A stretch of 64,000 bases of DNA, taken from NCBI GenBank assembly GCA_964474805.1, contig CAYYTQ010000003.1, positions 8,343 through 72,342 of the forward strand. Direction: 5' to 3'. The position numbers were made by a program, and so were the translations under genes. Positions within the stretch are counted from its first letter, which is position 1. Every line of letters starts with the position of its first letter. Of this stretch, positions 44,460 to 52,988 are shown piece by piece. The DNA is from an uncultured Gammaproteobacteria bacterium (GTDB lineage Bacteria; Patescibacteriota; Patescibacteriia; 2-12-FULL-60-25). The notes under the pieces are model-generated. The model made no database searches and was not told the DNA's origin. It saw nothing but the letters and a program-made list of their open reading frames with translations.

Positions 44460-45239
44460 ATGCCCCGTCCTGCCGCCCACACCAGCTGGGAACGCGTCTC
44501 ACGCTGGTACGGAACACACCTCAAGCAAGAGGATTTTTTGCAACGGGACGTCGTGATCCCGGGAACGCTGGCGTTGCTTGCGGACGTGCGGCGTGGGGCG
44601 CATTTGGATCTCGCCTGCGGCGAGGGGACGTTCTTGCAGGCGTTTCAGCGGACGTTCGGAGCACGAGCAGCCGTGGGCGTGGATGCGGCGCCGTCGCTGA
44701 TCCGCACGGCCCAGCAGAAACGGTTACCGCGGACGGAATTCCTAGTTGGGGATGCGCAGCGACTCCCCCGCTTGCCGATGGAAACCTTCACGTCGGCGAG
44801 CTGCATCTTGGCGATTCAAAACATCGCCGATCCGGAAGCGACGTTTCAGCAAGCGCGACAGGTTTTGGAGCAAAATGCACCGTTCGTGATCGTGATGAAC
44901 CATCCCTGCTTCCGACAACCGCGGCAAAGCGGCTGGGGCTGGGATGAGGAACGAAAGATCCAGTACCGTCGTATCGATCGGTACTTGCAGGCGTACGAGA
45001 TGCAGATTGTTGCGCATCCGGGGAAACAGCCGTCACTGAGCACGACCTCGTATCACCGGCCATTGTCTTTTTATGTGAACGCCTTGGCGCAAGCCGGGTT
45101 TTCGGTAGACGCGCTGGACGAGTGGACGTCGCCCTCCCATAGCGATTCGGGACCGCGGGCGAAGGCGGAAAATTTGTCGCGGGCAGAAATCCCGTTGTTT
45201 TTGGCGATTCGGGCGCGGAAGATGGGTTCCGGACGCTAG
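44460..45239 (+). CDS. Class I SAM-dependent methyltransferase
   Basis: 259 aa with HLDLACGEGTFLQAF (motif I), FTSASCILAIQNIADP and APFVIVMNHP. Confidence 0.75.
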   Translation: MPRPAAHTSWERVSRWYGTHLKQEDFLQRDVVIPGTLALLADVRRGAHLDLACGEGTFLQAFQRTFGARAAVGVDAAPSLIRTAQQKRLPRTEFLVGDAQRLPRLPMETFTSASCILAIQNIADPEATFQQARQVLEQNAPFVIVMNHPCFRQPRQSGWGWDEERKIQYRRIDRYLQAYEMQIVAHPGKQPSLSTTSYHRPLSFYVNALAQAGFSVDALDEWTSPSHSDSGPRAKAENLSRAEIPLFLAIRARKMGSGR

Positions 45240-46099
45240 CCCAAGAAGCGGGCTTTCAGGCGCGACAGGAAGGACTGGCGTGGCACGGGCACGGACGGCG
45301 TGACCATTGTCACTTCGTCAGGTCTGGCGATGCTATCAGGAGTCTTAATGCGTGCGGACATCATCTCTTCGTACCCCACCTGCCCAGGAAGGGGCGGGAG
45401 AGCATTTTTTTCGCCGACCCAAGGCTGAATCGGACGATCAGACTGAAGAGGTGCGGGGGTTTCTGCCGTAAAACTCGTCAAAGGGGTATTACGCCTGGCT
45501 TCAAGGGCGGCATACGAGGCAGCCCCCGGAAGCGGCCTGTCGAGGGACGCGCGGATGGAGGCCAAATGGTCCGACGTCGCCTTACTGTATTGTCGCCATG
45601 CCGCTTGCACGGACGCTTCCCAACCTGGCGTTACCACGGCCGGAGCCGGCCCCTGGCGATCCGGTCCCGCATACCGTTGCCGCTCAAGCCGTTGCCCCTC
45701 GTCAAGAGCCCCATTCCATGCCGCCTCAAAACGCGGCGTAACGGCATTCGCCTTATCGAACGCATCCTTGTAACGCTGCAGGGCGATCCCCACGTCCTTT
45801 AAGGCGCGCTCGGCGGACGGATGGCCGGCGAAATAATCGCGAAAACGATACGCCTGCCCATTGGGATCGGTATAGACAACCTCATCCAACCGTTGAAGCC
45901 GCGGATCTTCGCGGACGCTGGCAAGCAGCGCTTTCTGGTCGTCGCTCAGGTCAACGCTTTGCTGCGCCTCCGCCAAAAACGCATCCAACGATTGACGGGC
46001 AAAGGCATACGGATCTGCGGGCGCTTCTGGCGTTGGTTCGATCTTGGGAGCTTGAACCGCACGCATTCGTTCGGGGGAAAGGGCACCATCAAATGGCAT
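45236..46099 (-). CDS. Hypothetical protein
   Basis: ATG at 46099 (MPFDGALSPERMRAVQAPK...) gives 287 aa. It is Ala/Pro/Arg-rich and I recognised no motif. It is called as coding only on ORF length and its fit between neighbouring genes. Confidence 0.45.
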   Translation of the reverse strand: MPFDGALSPERMRAVQAPKIEPTPEAPADPYAFARQSLDAFLAEAQQSVDLSDDQKALLASVREDPRLQRLDEVVYTDPNGQAYRFRDYFAGHPSAERALKDVGIALQRYKDAFDKANAVTPRFEAAWNGALDEGQRLERQRYAGPDRQGPAPAVVTPGWEASVQAAWRQYSKATSDHLASIRASLDRPLPGAASYAALEARRNTPLTSFTAETPAPLQSDRPIQPWVGEKNALPPLPGQVGYEEMMSARIKTPDSIARPDEVTMVTPSVPVPRQSFLSRLKARFLG

Positions 46100-46220
46100 A
46101 AAATCTTTCCCCAGTATCCCGCAAAGCGACGGTCCGCGCAACCGGGGTATTTCAAAGAGAAAATCGTCTTAACGTCAAACCCCGCCGACTACGTGCGCGG
46201 CGGGGCGAGAATGAGAGGCC

Positions 46221-46595
46221 TCAGGTTCGGAGGGACAACGGCCTTCGGCGCTTGGGCGGCGGCTCGAGCGCGAGCACGAGGTAGACGCCGGCGCAAAGGG
46301 CGGCGCAGGCGAAGAGGCCGCCGAGGACGATCGGCGCCTCCTCGCACGCCTCGATGCCGAGGACGATCCCGGTGAGGGCGTGCGGGATGGCGGCCCCGAT
46401 GAGGGCGCCCGCAGAGACCACGTTCACCCGGAAGAGGGCCTCGCTCGCGCCGTTGGACTGGAGCAGGTACAGCGTGCCGCACCAGAGGGACAGCGCTGTG
46501 AACGACTCCATCCGGCGATCGTCGCCGTCGATGCCGACGGCGAGAAAGAGGCCAGCGAAGACAGCGAGCGTGACAAGCGTGAGCCTGTTGTTCAT
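46221..46595 (-). CDS. Hypothetical 4-TM membrane protein (in GC-rich islet)
   Basis: ATG at 46595 (MNNRLTLVTLAVFAGLFLAVGIDG...) gives 124 aa with four hydrophobic segments. The competing 181-aa ORF in another frame is Arg/Pro-rich and was rejected. Confidence 0.45.
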   Translation of the reverse strand: MNNRLTLVTLAVFAGLFLAVGIDGDDRRMESFTALSLWCGTLYLLQSNGASEALFRVNVVSAGALIGAAIPHALTGIVLGIEACEEAPIVLGGLFACAALCAGVYLVLALEPPPKRRRPLSLRT

Positions 46596-46719
46596 GCGGC
46601 AGCCTTTCTGGAGCGGGAGGCGTTGAGGGGAGGGTGAGAGCCGGAACAAGGCAGTGCTTCATTATAACAGAAAAACACCATTTTGTAAACACATCCCCTA
46701 GTTTATGTCTAAACAAACG

Positions 46720-46764
46720 AAAAAATCGCCCCATCCACAGAATAGACGTTCTGGAATGGGGGCG
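46720..46764 (-). terminator. Rho-independent terminator (imperfect stem)
   Basis: The minus strand reads CGCCCCCATTCCAGAA-CGTCTA-TTCTGTGGATGGGGCG followed by ATTTTTTCG. It lies 9 nt after the stop at 46773. Confidence 0.5.
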
Positions 46765-46772
46765 GTGAGGGC

Positions 46773-47195
46773 CTAGACGTCCACGGCGGGAGTCCCCGGC
46801 TTCGCGGGGGCTTCGGGGACCGGGGAGTGGCTGACCTGGGCGAAGGCCCGCTCCACGAAAGCCGGGTAGGTCTCGGGCGTGAGGCCCAGGCGCTTGAGCG
46901 AGAACAGGGAGCCCTCGTCCCAGACGGGCGAGCCCCTCATCGAACGGGTGGGACCGCCCCGCAGCTCGCTCAGGTAGCGCATCGGACCGGAGCGGTTGAC
47001 GTCGAAGAGGAGGACGACGATCGGGTCCGGGGCGTCGCAGGCCGCGAACCCGATCACGACCGCCTTCTCACGGCGCACGTCGCCGAACGGCGGGAGCTCG
47101 TCGGTGATGTCGAAGGCGTGATCGACGTGGTGGGGTTGGCGGGTCACCCCATCCATGCAGACGAAGCGACCCTGGTACGAAGGAGCTCTTTCCAT
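46773..47195 (-). CDS. Hypothetical protein (in GC-rich islet)
   Basis: 140 aa (MERAPSYQGRFVCMDGVTRQPHHVDHAFDITDELPPFGDVRREKAVVIGFAACD...). I recognised no family. A terminator follows it. Confidence 0.45.
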   Translation of the reverse strand: MERAPSYQGRFVCMDGVTRQPHHVDHAFDITDELPPFGDVRREKAVVIGFAACDAPDPIVVLLFDVNRSGPMRYLSELRGGPTRSMRGSPVWDEGSLFSLKRLGLTPETYPAFVERAFAQVSHSPVPEAPAKPGTPAVDV

Positions 47196-47355
47196 GGTGA
47201 TTCTCCTTGGGGCGCCAGTGGACCTGACGCAAACGAACGTTGCCGGTTATCAGACGATTTGAAACGAGGCACGGGAGCCCCCATCCCCTTGTTGGGATAC
47301 GGGAATCTAACAGCAATAAAGGGATTCGTCAAGAGCGTAAGGCTTTTTAGGGACA

Positions 47356-47384
47356 GAAAAACTCGCCCAGAGAGCGAGTTTTTC
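47356..47384 (-). terminator. Rho-independent terminator immediately 3' of tRNA-Pro
   Basis: ACTCGC (47361-66) pairs with GCGAGT (47374-79) around a 7-nt loop, flanked by an A5 run and a T5 run. On the minus strand the hairpin is followed by TTTTTCTG, 2-3 nt after the CCA end. Confidence 0.6.
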
Positions 47385-47386
47385 CA

Positions 47387-47462
47387 TGGTCGGGCTAGTG
47401 GGGTTCGAACCCACGGCCTCATGCACCCCATGCATGCGCGCTACCAACTGCGCCATAGCCCG
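47387..47462 (-). tRNA. tRNA-Pro (anticodon GGG)
   Basis: I folded the reverse complement by hand: CGGGCTA-TG-GCGC-AGTTGGTA-GCGC-G-CATGC-ATGGGGT-GCATG-AGGCC-GTGGG-TTCGAAC-CCCAC-TAGCCCG-A-CCA. It is 76 nt with all four stems Watson-Crick. U33, G37 and an encoded CCA are present. A73 is consistent with Pro. Confidence 0.9.
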
Positions 47463-47680
47463 AGAGAGCGAGCGGTATCAAGCGCATTCGATGCATTTGA
47501 TACCCGAGCGAACGAGGGCTATATGGCTCATCTGATGAGACATATAGCCGACTGAGGAAATCGAGGATCTTTCAAAATCTTTCTATACCCTTCCGTTTTC
47601 TATTCCCGCTCAGCGAGGCGTATCCTACGTCACCCACCCCAGAAACGCAATCCCCCGTTTTTTCCCTTATTCCAGCCCTT

Positions 47681-49480
47681 TTATTGATACATCTTTGCCT
47701 GCAGGGCAAACAACTCCGCGTATCTCCCCTGTTTCGCGACAAGCTCGTCATGCGAGCCGTCCTCGATGATCTTGCCGTCGTCCATCACGAGGATCCGCTC
47801 GGCTCGACGAAGAACGGAAAAACGGTGTGAGACGACGACCGCCAAGCGACCCTCGATCGCTTCTGGCAGCCTAGAAAAGAACGCCTCTTCTTTTTCCGCA
47901 TCGACCGCGGAGGTCGGCTCATCAAGGATCAGGATACGCGCCTTGCGATAGAGGGTCTGCGCGATCATGAGGAGCTGGCGCTGGCCGCCGGAGAGTTCGA
48001 CGGGATTGTCTTCCGGCATGCCGAAGGAGCGGCCGATGTGGGTCTTCGTACCCTTCTCCAATCCTTTTACGACCTGATCAAAACCGCTAACCTGTAGCAC
48101 CTGTTTCGCACGGGCACCCCAAGGGATTGTTGGATTGCCATAGCGGACGATGTTTTCGACGGTATCGTCGAAGTGGGGAGTGTCTTGGTTCAGATAGGCA
48201 AGCGCCTTGACCCACTCCTCAGAACGAATCCGCTCGATCGGCACGTCGTTGACCAGAATTGATCCTGAGGTCGGACGATAAATTCCGGCGAGGAGCTTAA
48301 GGAAGGTGCTCTTGCCAGCCCCGTTCAAACCGACAAGGGCGACATATTCGCCTTCACGAAGAGACAGGGAAACATTCTTGAGAACCGGCTTCGCCTGGTC
48401 GGGATAGGCGAAGGTAACCTGATCGAACCGGATTCGCAACGGCTGGCGCGTGAGATGGCGAGCACCTTCGTCACGATGCGACAAGGACATGAGAATACGA
48501 AAGAGCTGCGGTCCGACAAGCTGCTTTTGGAGCCAACCGACATTCGCCACAAGCCCTGAAAATCCATGCGCGAGACGTTGGAACGCCGGAATAAAAATGA
48601 CAAATGACCCAGCTTCACCGGTACTGATCGCCTCACGAAAAAGAAACCATCCGCCGCCCAGGAGACCTGCCAGCATTACAAGATCGGTAAAGGCGCTCGA
48701 GCGGATGCGGAGCCAGCTCTCGTGGGTGCGTAACGACAATCCTTTCTGCGCGATCTGCTGCCAACGGCGAAAAAAGAGCCCGTGCAGACCCAGGACCCAA
48801 CGATGGACGAGCCAACCCGGGGTCAAGAGCACGACCTTGTAATAATTTCCCCGCCTCCCCTCACGCGATTCCATGTTCAAAATCCCCCAAGACCATTCAC
48901 GCTCATGCCGGAGCGAGAAAAACAAGAATCCGAGGGGAAGGAACATCAGGAGCGCAAGCCACCATGGCAACAGGAACAGGACCGTCCCATAACTCAGCAA
49001 CTCGACGGCCGTGAAGAGGAACCAATACCCTTCTTGAGCGACCCCAAGAAGGTTCCCACGTGTTTCTTCAAACGCATGGTAGAGCGTTTGGAAGCGCGGA
49101 TGCTCGATGAGGGCCGGATCGAGCTTTTGGAGCTGGAGCATCAGGTCCTCTTTCGTTCGATAGTCGAGCGTAAGGCGACTGGTATCACGCACGTAATCGC
49201 GCAAACGATCCATGAGACCATTGACCAACAACAAGGCCGCCATCAGGAGGAAGAGCCTTTGAGCTGATACGAATTGGCCGCCACCCAATGCGTCAATGAC
49301 GGCCTTTACGACCCAAATGCTGCCAGCGGAGGTCAAGGGGACCAGGAGCAGGGCGGCAAGCAAGATGACCATCTGCTTCTTCGACGCAGCATACGTGTAC
49401 CGCAAGAACCAAAAATAGGCCTTCCACGCGGGTAACCCCTCCCCTTTCGGAATCTCTGGAATGTGCGCGACGCTCGACAT
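47681..49480 (-). CDS. ABC exporter, fused permease/ATPase (MsbA/lipid or peptide exporter type)
   Basis: ATG at 49480 (MSSVAHIPEIPKGEG...) with 6 TM helices in the N-terminal half. Walker A is GLNGAGKSTFLKLLAG, the signature is LSGGQRQLLMIAQTL and Walker B is ILILDEPTSAVD. Confidence 0.85.
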   Translation of the reverse strand: MSSVAHIPEIPKGEGLPAWKAYFWFLRYTYAASKKQMVILLAALLLVPLTSAGSIWVVKAVIDALGGGQFVSAQRLFLLMAALLLVNGLMDRLRDYVRDTSRLTLDYRTKEDLMLQLQKLDPALIEHPRFQTLYHAFEETRGNLLGVAQEGYWFLFTAVELLSYGTVLFLLPWWLALLMFLPLGFLFFSLRHEREWSWGILNMESREGRRGNYYKVVLLTPGWLVHRWVLGLHGLFFRRWQQIAQKGLSLRTHESWLRIRSSAFTDLVMLAGLLGGGWFLFREAISTGEAGSFVIFIPAFQRLAHGFSGLVANVGWLQKQLVGPQLFRILMSLSHRDEGARHLTRQPLRIRFDQVTFAYPDQAKPVLKNVSLSLREGEYVALVGLNGAGKSTFLKLLAGIYRPTSGSILVNDVPIERIRSEEWVKALAYLNQDTPHFDDTVENIVRYGNPTIPWGARAKQVLQVSGFDQVVKGLEKGTKTHIGRSFGMPEDNPVELSGGQRQLLMIAQTLYRKARILILDEPTSAVDAEKEEAFFSRLPEAIEGRLAVVVSHRFSVLRRAERILVMDDGKIIEDGSHDELVAKQGRYAELFALQAKMYQ

Positions 49481-49503
49481 GCGCGCATTGTAGCACACGG
49501 GCG

Positions 49504-50613
49504 CTACTCGGCGTTTTGCTTGGCGGACCAACGGAGTTCACCTTCAACGAACGCATCAAGCGCCCCATCCAGCACGCCTTCCGCATCGGCCGTTTCCACG
49601 TCGGTGCGATGGTCCTTCACCATCTTGTAGGGATGCAGCACGTACGAACGGATCTGGTTGCCCCATTCGGCGCTTTGGAAGGCGCCGCGAAGCTTTTGCT
49701 TTTCCTTCTGATGCTCCTCTTCCTGCAATTTCAAGAGTTTCGCGCGCAAGATGTTCATCGCGACAGCCTTGTTTTGCGTTTGTGAGCGCTCGTTCTGACA
49801 AGAGACCGTGATCCCCGTCGGTAGGTGAACGATGCGGACCGCGGAATAGGTGGTGTTGACGGACTGGCCGCCCTTGCCGCCACTCATGAAGGTGTCGACG
49901 CGTAGGTCGTCGGGCTTAATGTCGACGGAAACAGACTCGTCGAGTTCCGGCAAGACCTCAAGCAAGGCAAAGGAGGTTTGGCGCAGACCATCGGCATTGA
50001 AAGGCGATTGGCGGACGAGGCGGTGGACCCCGGCCTCGCCGCGGAGATGGCCGTAGGCATGCAACCCTTCGATGATCATCGTGACGGACTTGATCCCGGC
50101 CTCCCCACCGCGGGATTCATCGACAAGACGAACCGTCCACCCCTTGGTTTCGGCATAACGCACGTACATGCGGAGGAGCATCTCGGCCCAATCCTGGGCG
50201 TCGGTCCCGCCAGCGCCCGCGTGAATGGCCACGATCGCGTTCCGCACATCGTGCGGGCCCGAAAAAAGGAGCTCGAATTCCTTCTTGAGGTATATGCCTT
50301 CCAGGTCGGTCACGCGAGCGGCGATATCGGCTAAAACGGTCTCATCGTGCTCTTCCATCGACAGACGGAGCATCTCTTCGGCTTCCAACAGGTCCTGGCG
50401 CAGCTGATGCCAACCCGTGAACACGGCTTTCGTTTCGGCTAATTTTTGCAGGGTCTTGCGCGCCCCCTCCGCGTCCGTCCACAGGTCTGGCGCGGCGGCA
50501 CGGGCCTCCAATCCCTCCAGATCCGCCCTGACGCGGTCGAGTGACAATAATTCCCACGCCTCGTTTACCTTGGCGCGTAACGCGTCGATCCGGAGCAGGA
50601 CCTCTTGGAACAT
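49504..50613 (-). CDS. prfB: Peptide chain release factor 2
   Basis: 369 aa in a single uninterrupted frame. It carries the SPF tripeptide (RQSPFNADG) and GGQ (SGGKGGQSVNTTYSAVRIVHLPTGI). Confidence 0.93.
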   Translation of the reverse strand: MFQEVLLRIDALRAKVNEAWELLSLDRVRADLEGLEARAAAPDLWTDAEGARKTLQKLAETKAVFTGWHQLRQDLLEAEEMLRLSMEEHDETVLADIAARVTDLEGIYLKKEFELLFSGPHDVRNAIVAIHAGAGGTDAQDWAEMLLRMYVRYAETKGWTVRLVDESRGGEAGIKSVTMIIEGLHAYGHLRGEAGVHRLVRQSPFNADGLRQTSFALLEVLPELDESVSVDIKPDDLRVDTFMSGGKGGQSVNTTYSAVRIVHLPTGITVSCQNERSQTQNKAVAMNILRAKLLKLQEEEHQKEKQKLRGAFQSAEWGNQIRSYVLHPYKMVKDHRTDVETADAEGVLDGALDAFVEGELRWSAKQNAE

Positions 50614-50678
50614 GGGCGCAGCATAGGGGATCCGCGACGTTTTGACGAGGGCGCATGCCTCCCCTACGATGGCTGAGT

Positions 50679-51800
50679 ATGCCCTCCTTTTCCCGCCTTC
50701 TCGCCGGCACCGGCCTGGCGCTGACCCTGATCACGCCCCCATTGCAGGCTTTCGCCGCCACTCCGCAGCAACACCTGCAGCAAGCCCTCCGTTCCCTGAT
50801 CACGCATCCGGCGCAAAATGCTGCCCAAGGAACCTTGGACGTCCGCGTCCAAAAGACCCCGCTCCGACGGGGGCGGATCGCCTCGACGCAAAGCGGGACA
50901 CTCGAATTTTCCGTCGAGCGGGAAACGGAAGGCGCCAGGAACCTCCAAGGATGGGTTCGGCTGAACAAGGCGACAAACAAGACGGCGGCGGCAGACCAAT
51001 CCTTCACTTTCTCGCCGGCCCCGCAGGTGGACTTCCGTTCAGTGGGCGATGCGCTCTTCCTGCGGCCCGCGAACCTGGCCCCCATGCTTTCGGCGCTGCA
51101 GGTTCCCATTTCCGGAGAGGCGATCGCCCCGTTCGAGCGCTGGATCCGCCTCGACGCGAGCTCCGACACTGAAAGCTCGCCGATCACCTATACCCCCAAC
51201 AAAGACCTGTTCACAAACCTGGAAACGATCAGGCGCGGCATCTTGCTCGCCGAAACGAAAAACGTTCCCGTCTTGCAGATCCTATCGAATCGCCCGTTGC
51301 GGACCGGCTCCCCGCTGCGCCACCTGAAGGTCCGCGTCAACCCCGCCTTCGTGAACCTCTTGGAACAAGAGGCGCTCAAGCTTGATGGGCGCGACGCAAC
51401 GAAGCGCCGCGCGACACAAACGCTGTACAGGGAGATGCGCATGGAGCTCGCGAAAACGCAGCTGGCCGTTGTCATGGACACCCAAGAGGTTACCCATCCC
51501 ACGATCACGCGGATCGAATTCTTCACCCGTGACACGACGACGAAAAACGGCTGTGACTACACCCGTTTCCAACGCACCGGAGAACCGGTGCCGAGCTCCT
51601 ACCGCTGCGCCCTTCCGCTCGAACGCGTCATCACGGAAACCCGCGGCGGGATCAACCTGCTACAAAAAACCGGCGTCCGCGTGGAACCGGTCACCGAAGC
51701 GACGCCGCTCAACGACCTCGTAAGCGAACTGTTTGACCTTTATCTTGGGGCCATGTCCCAAGGGATCGGCCTCGAGGAAGACGACGCCTCCACCCGTTAG
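50679..51800 (+). CDS. Hypothetical secreted protein
   Basis: The track ORF starts at 50655. ATG at 50679 gives a signal peptide MPSFSRLLAGTGLALTLITPPLQAFA|ATP. The product is ~373 aa and I recognised no family. Confidence 0.55.
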   Translation: MPSFSRLLAGTGLALTLITPPLQAFAATPQQHLQQALRSLITHPAQNAAQGTLDVRVQKTPLRRGRIASTQSGTLEFSVERETEGARNLQGWVRLNKATNKTAAADQSFTFSPAPQVDFRSVGDALFLRPANLAPMLSALQVPISGEAIAPFERWIRLDASSDTESSPITYTPNKDLFTNLETIRRGILLAETKNVPVLQILSNRPLRTGSPLRHLKVRVNPAFVNLLEQEALKLDGRDATKRRATQTLYREMRMELAKTQLAVVMDTQEVTHPTITRIEFFTRDTTTKNGCDYTRFQRTGEPVPSSYRCALPLERVITETRGGINLLQKTGVRVEPVTEATPLNDLVSELFDLYLGAMSQGIGLEEDDASTR

Positions 51801-52639
51801 CGCTTCCCCTTCCGCGGCTGACATGACAGGCAAAAATGCGTCCCGCGTCCGGCGAGGACGCATTTTCTGATTGGCGCTTCACAGCGGAGACAGGCTTGGC
51901 CATGGCGGCCATAGACCTGGAGCAGCCGAAGGAACCCGCCCTTTTTTCCCTCGGTATCGACATAGGTATGGGCGCTAGTCCCCCGCTGCCGCACGGCACG
52001 CGCAAGGATGTCCTGTATTGCGGAGGCTAGCGCCGCGAGCTCTGCCTGCGCAAGGCTTTTTTGGCGTCGCGCTGGGTGGATCCCACTCAAGAAGCACGCC
52101 TCATCGGCATAAATATTGCCGATCCCGGCGATGACGGACTGGTCCAAGAGGATCGCCTTGATCGTGCGCCCAGAAGGTGCAGCGAGACGCTCGATAAGCG
52201 CTTCACGTGTCGCCGTAAGCGGTTCAGGACCGTATTCTGAGAGGACTGCTTCAGTCGCCGCCGCATCCAACAAGCGAAGATAGCCAAACCGCCGAACATC
52301 GGACCACGCGAGGAAAATAGTTTCAGAACCCTTCTCGAACGAAAAAAGTAGCCGTTCGTGGCGATTGGCGGGGGCCATCGGCCTTCGTTCGTAAAAAATG
52401 AGCTTGCCCGTCATTTTCAGATGGATGGCGAGCGCGGACCCATTCGAAAAACGCCACAAGAGCAGCTTTCCGCGACGTTCGAGGGAGATGATGCGTTTTC
52501 CCCTCAAGGCTTCGGCAAACGCCTCCCCCTGCGGACGCTCTTTATCGGGCTGCCAGACGGTCACGCGGCAAATGGTCGCCCCCAGCAGGCGGGCTTCAAG
52601 TTGACGCCGGACGGTCTCGACTTCAGGCAGCTCGGGCAT
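51797..52639 (-). CDS. mutM: Formamidopyrimidine-DNA glycosylase
   Basis: ATG at 52639 gives the obligatory MPELPEVETVRRQLE N-terminus. H2TH region IAGIGNIYADEACF. C-terminal zinc finger CLRCEAPIRKCVLAGRGTHFCLSCQ. Confidence 0.9.
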   Translation of the reverse strand: MPELPEVETVRRQLEARLLGATICRVTVWQPDKERPQGEAFAEALRGKRIISLERRGKLLLWRFSNGSALAIHLKMTGKLIFYERRPMAPANRHERLLFSFEKGSETIFLAWSDVRRFGYLRLLDAAATEAVLSEYGPEPLTATREALIERLAAPSGRTIKAILLDQSVIAGIGNIYADEACFLSGIHPARRQKSLAQAELAALASAIQDILARAVRQRGTSAHTYVDTEGKKGGFLRLLQVYGRHGQACLRCEAPIRKCVLAGRGTHFCLSCQPRKGKR

Positions 52640-52646
52640 GCGAAGA

Positions 52647-52964
52647 CTAGGCCGCCTTCTTGTGGCGAGAGGCCTCAAGGTCAGCCTGAATATCCCTCAA
52701 TACGGCTTCATTGCTCACATCATCCGGACGCCATTGGCTCGCCGCCAGTCGCTGGGCATACAGATCTGCGAATAATGCCGCATACCCCTCATCGATCAGC
52801 CAAGGGATCGCGTACGGCTCCGCCTCTTCGTGCGTAAGCTCAGGATTCCGGGTTTGTGCCCGAGCCCAACGCAGGATCAGCTCGCGCTGCAAAACGGTTT
52901 TGAAATTTCCGGGCAGCTCATTCGAACGTGCAGTGGCACGGTCGACAGGATAGTCCATGCTCAT
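52647..52964 (-). CDS. Hypothetical protein (105 aa)
   Basis: The ORF fits snugly between map and mutM, and I recognised no motif. Confidence 0.4.
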   Translation of the reverse strand: MSMDYPVDRATARSNELPGNFKTVLQRELILRWARAQTRNPELTHEEAEPYAIPWLIDEGYAALFADLYAQRLAASQWRPDDVSNEAVLRDIQADLEASRHKKAA

Positions 52965-52988
52965 AGGAAAGAGGGGCCTTAGGATAAA

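Noticed and set aside
47366-47472. Short direct repeat AGAGAGCGAG on both sides of tRNA-Pro (about 47369-47378 and 47463-47472), considered as possible att sites.
   Set aside because: It is only ~10 nt long. One copy is simply part of the terminator stem-loop. It does not duplicate the tRNA 3' segment, and I recognised no integrase or recombinase nearby.
46189-47555. Alternative ORFs 46189-46734 (-, 181 aa) and 46827-47555 (+, 242 aa). The latter runs through the tRNA-Pro gene.
   Set aside because: Both are Arg/Pro/His-rich products of a ~70% GC stretch. The + ORF overlaps a well-folded tRNA and its terminator. The chosen frames give a 4-TM protein and a terminator-followed ORF instead, but confidence in all coding calls here is modest.
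49504-50613. Looked for the programmed +1 frameshift site (CUU UGA) in prfB.
   Set aside because: The ORF is continuous from its ATG through the GGQ domain. There is no in-frame stop near codons 20-30.
50342-51187. 281-aa minus-strand ORF overlapping prfB's 5' end, the divergent promoter and the secreted-protein gene.
   Set aside because: It is Arg/Gly/Ala-rich and crosses an intergenic region. It conflicts with prfB and with a signal-peptide-bearing + strand ORF.
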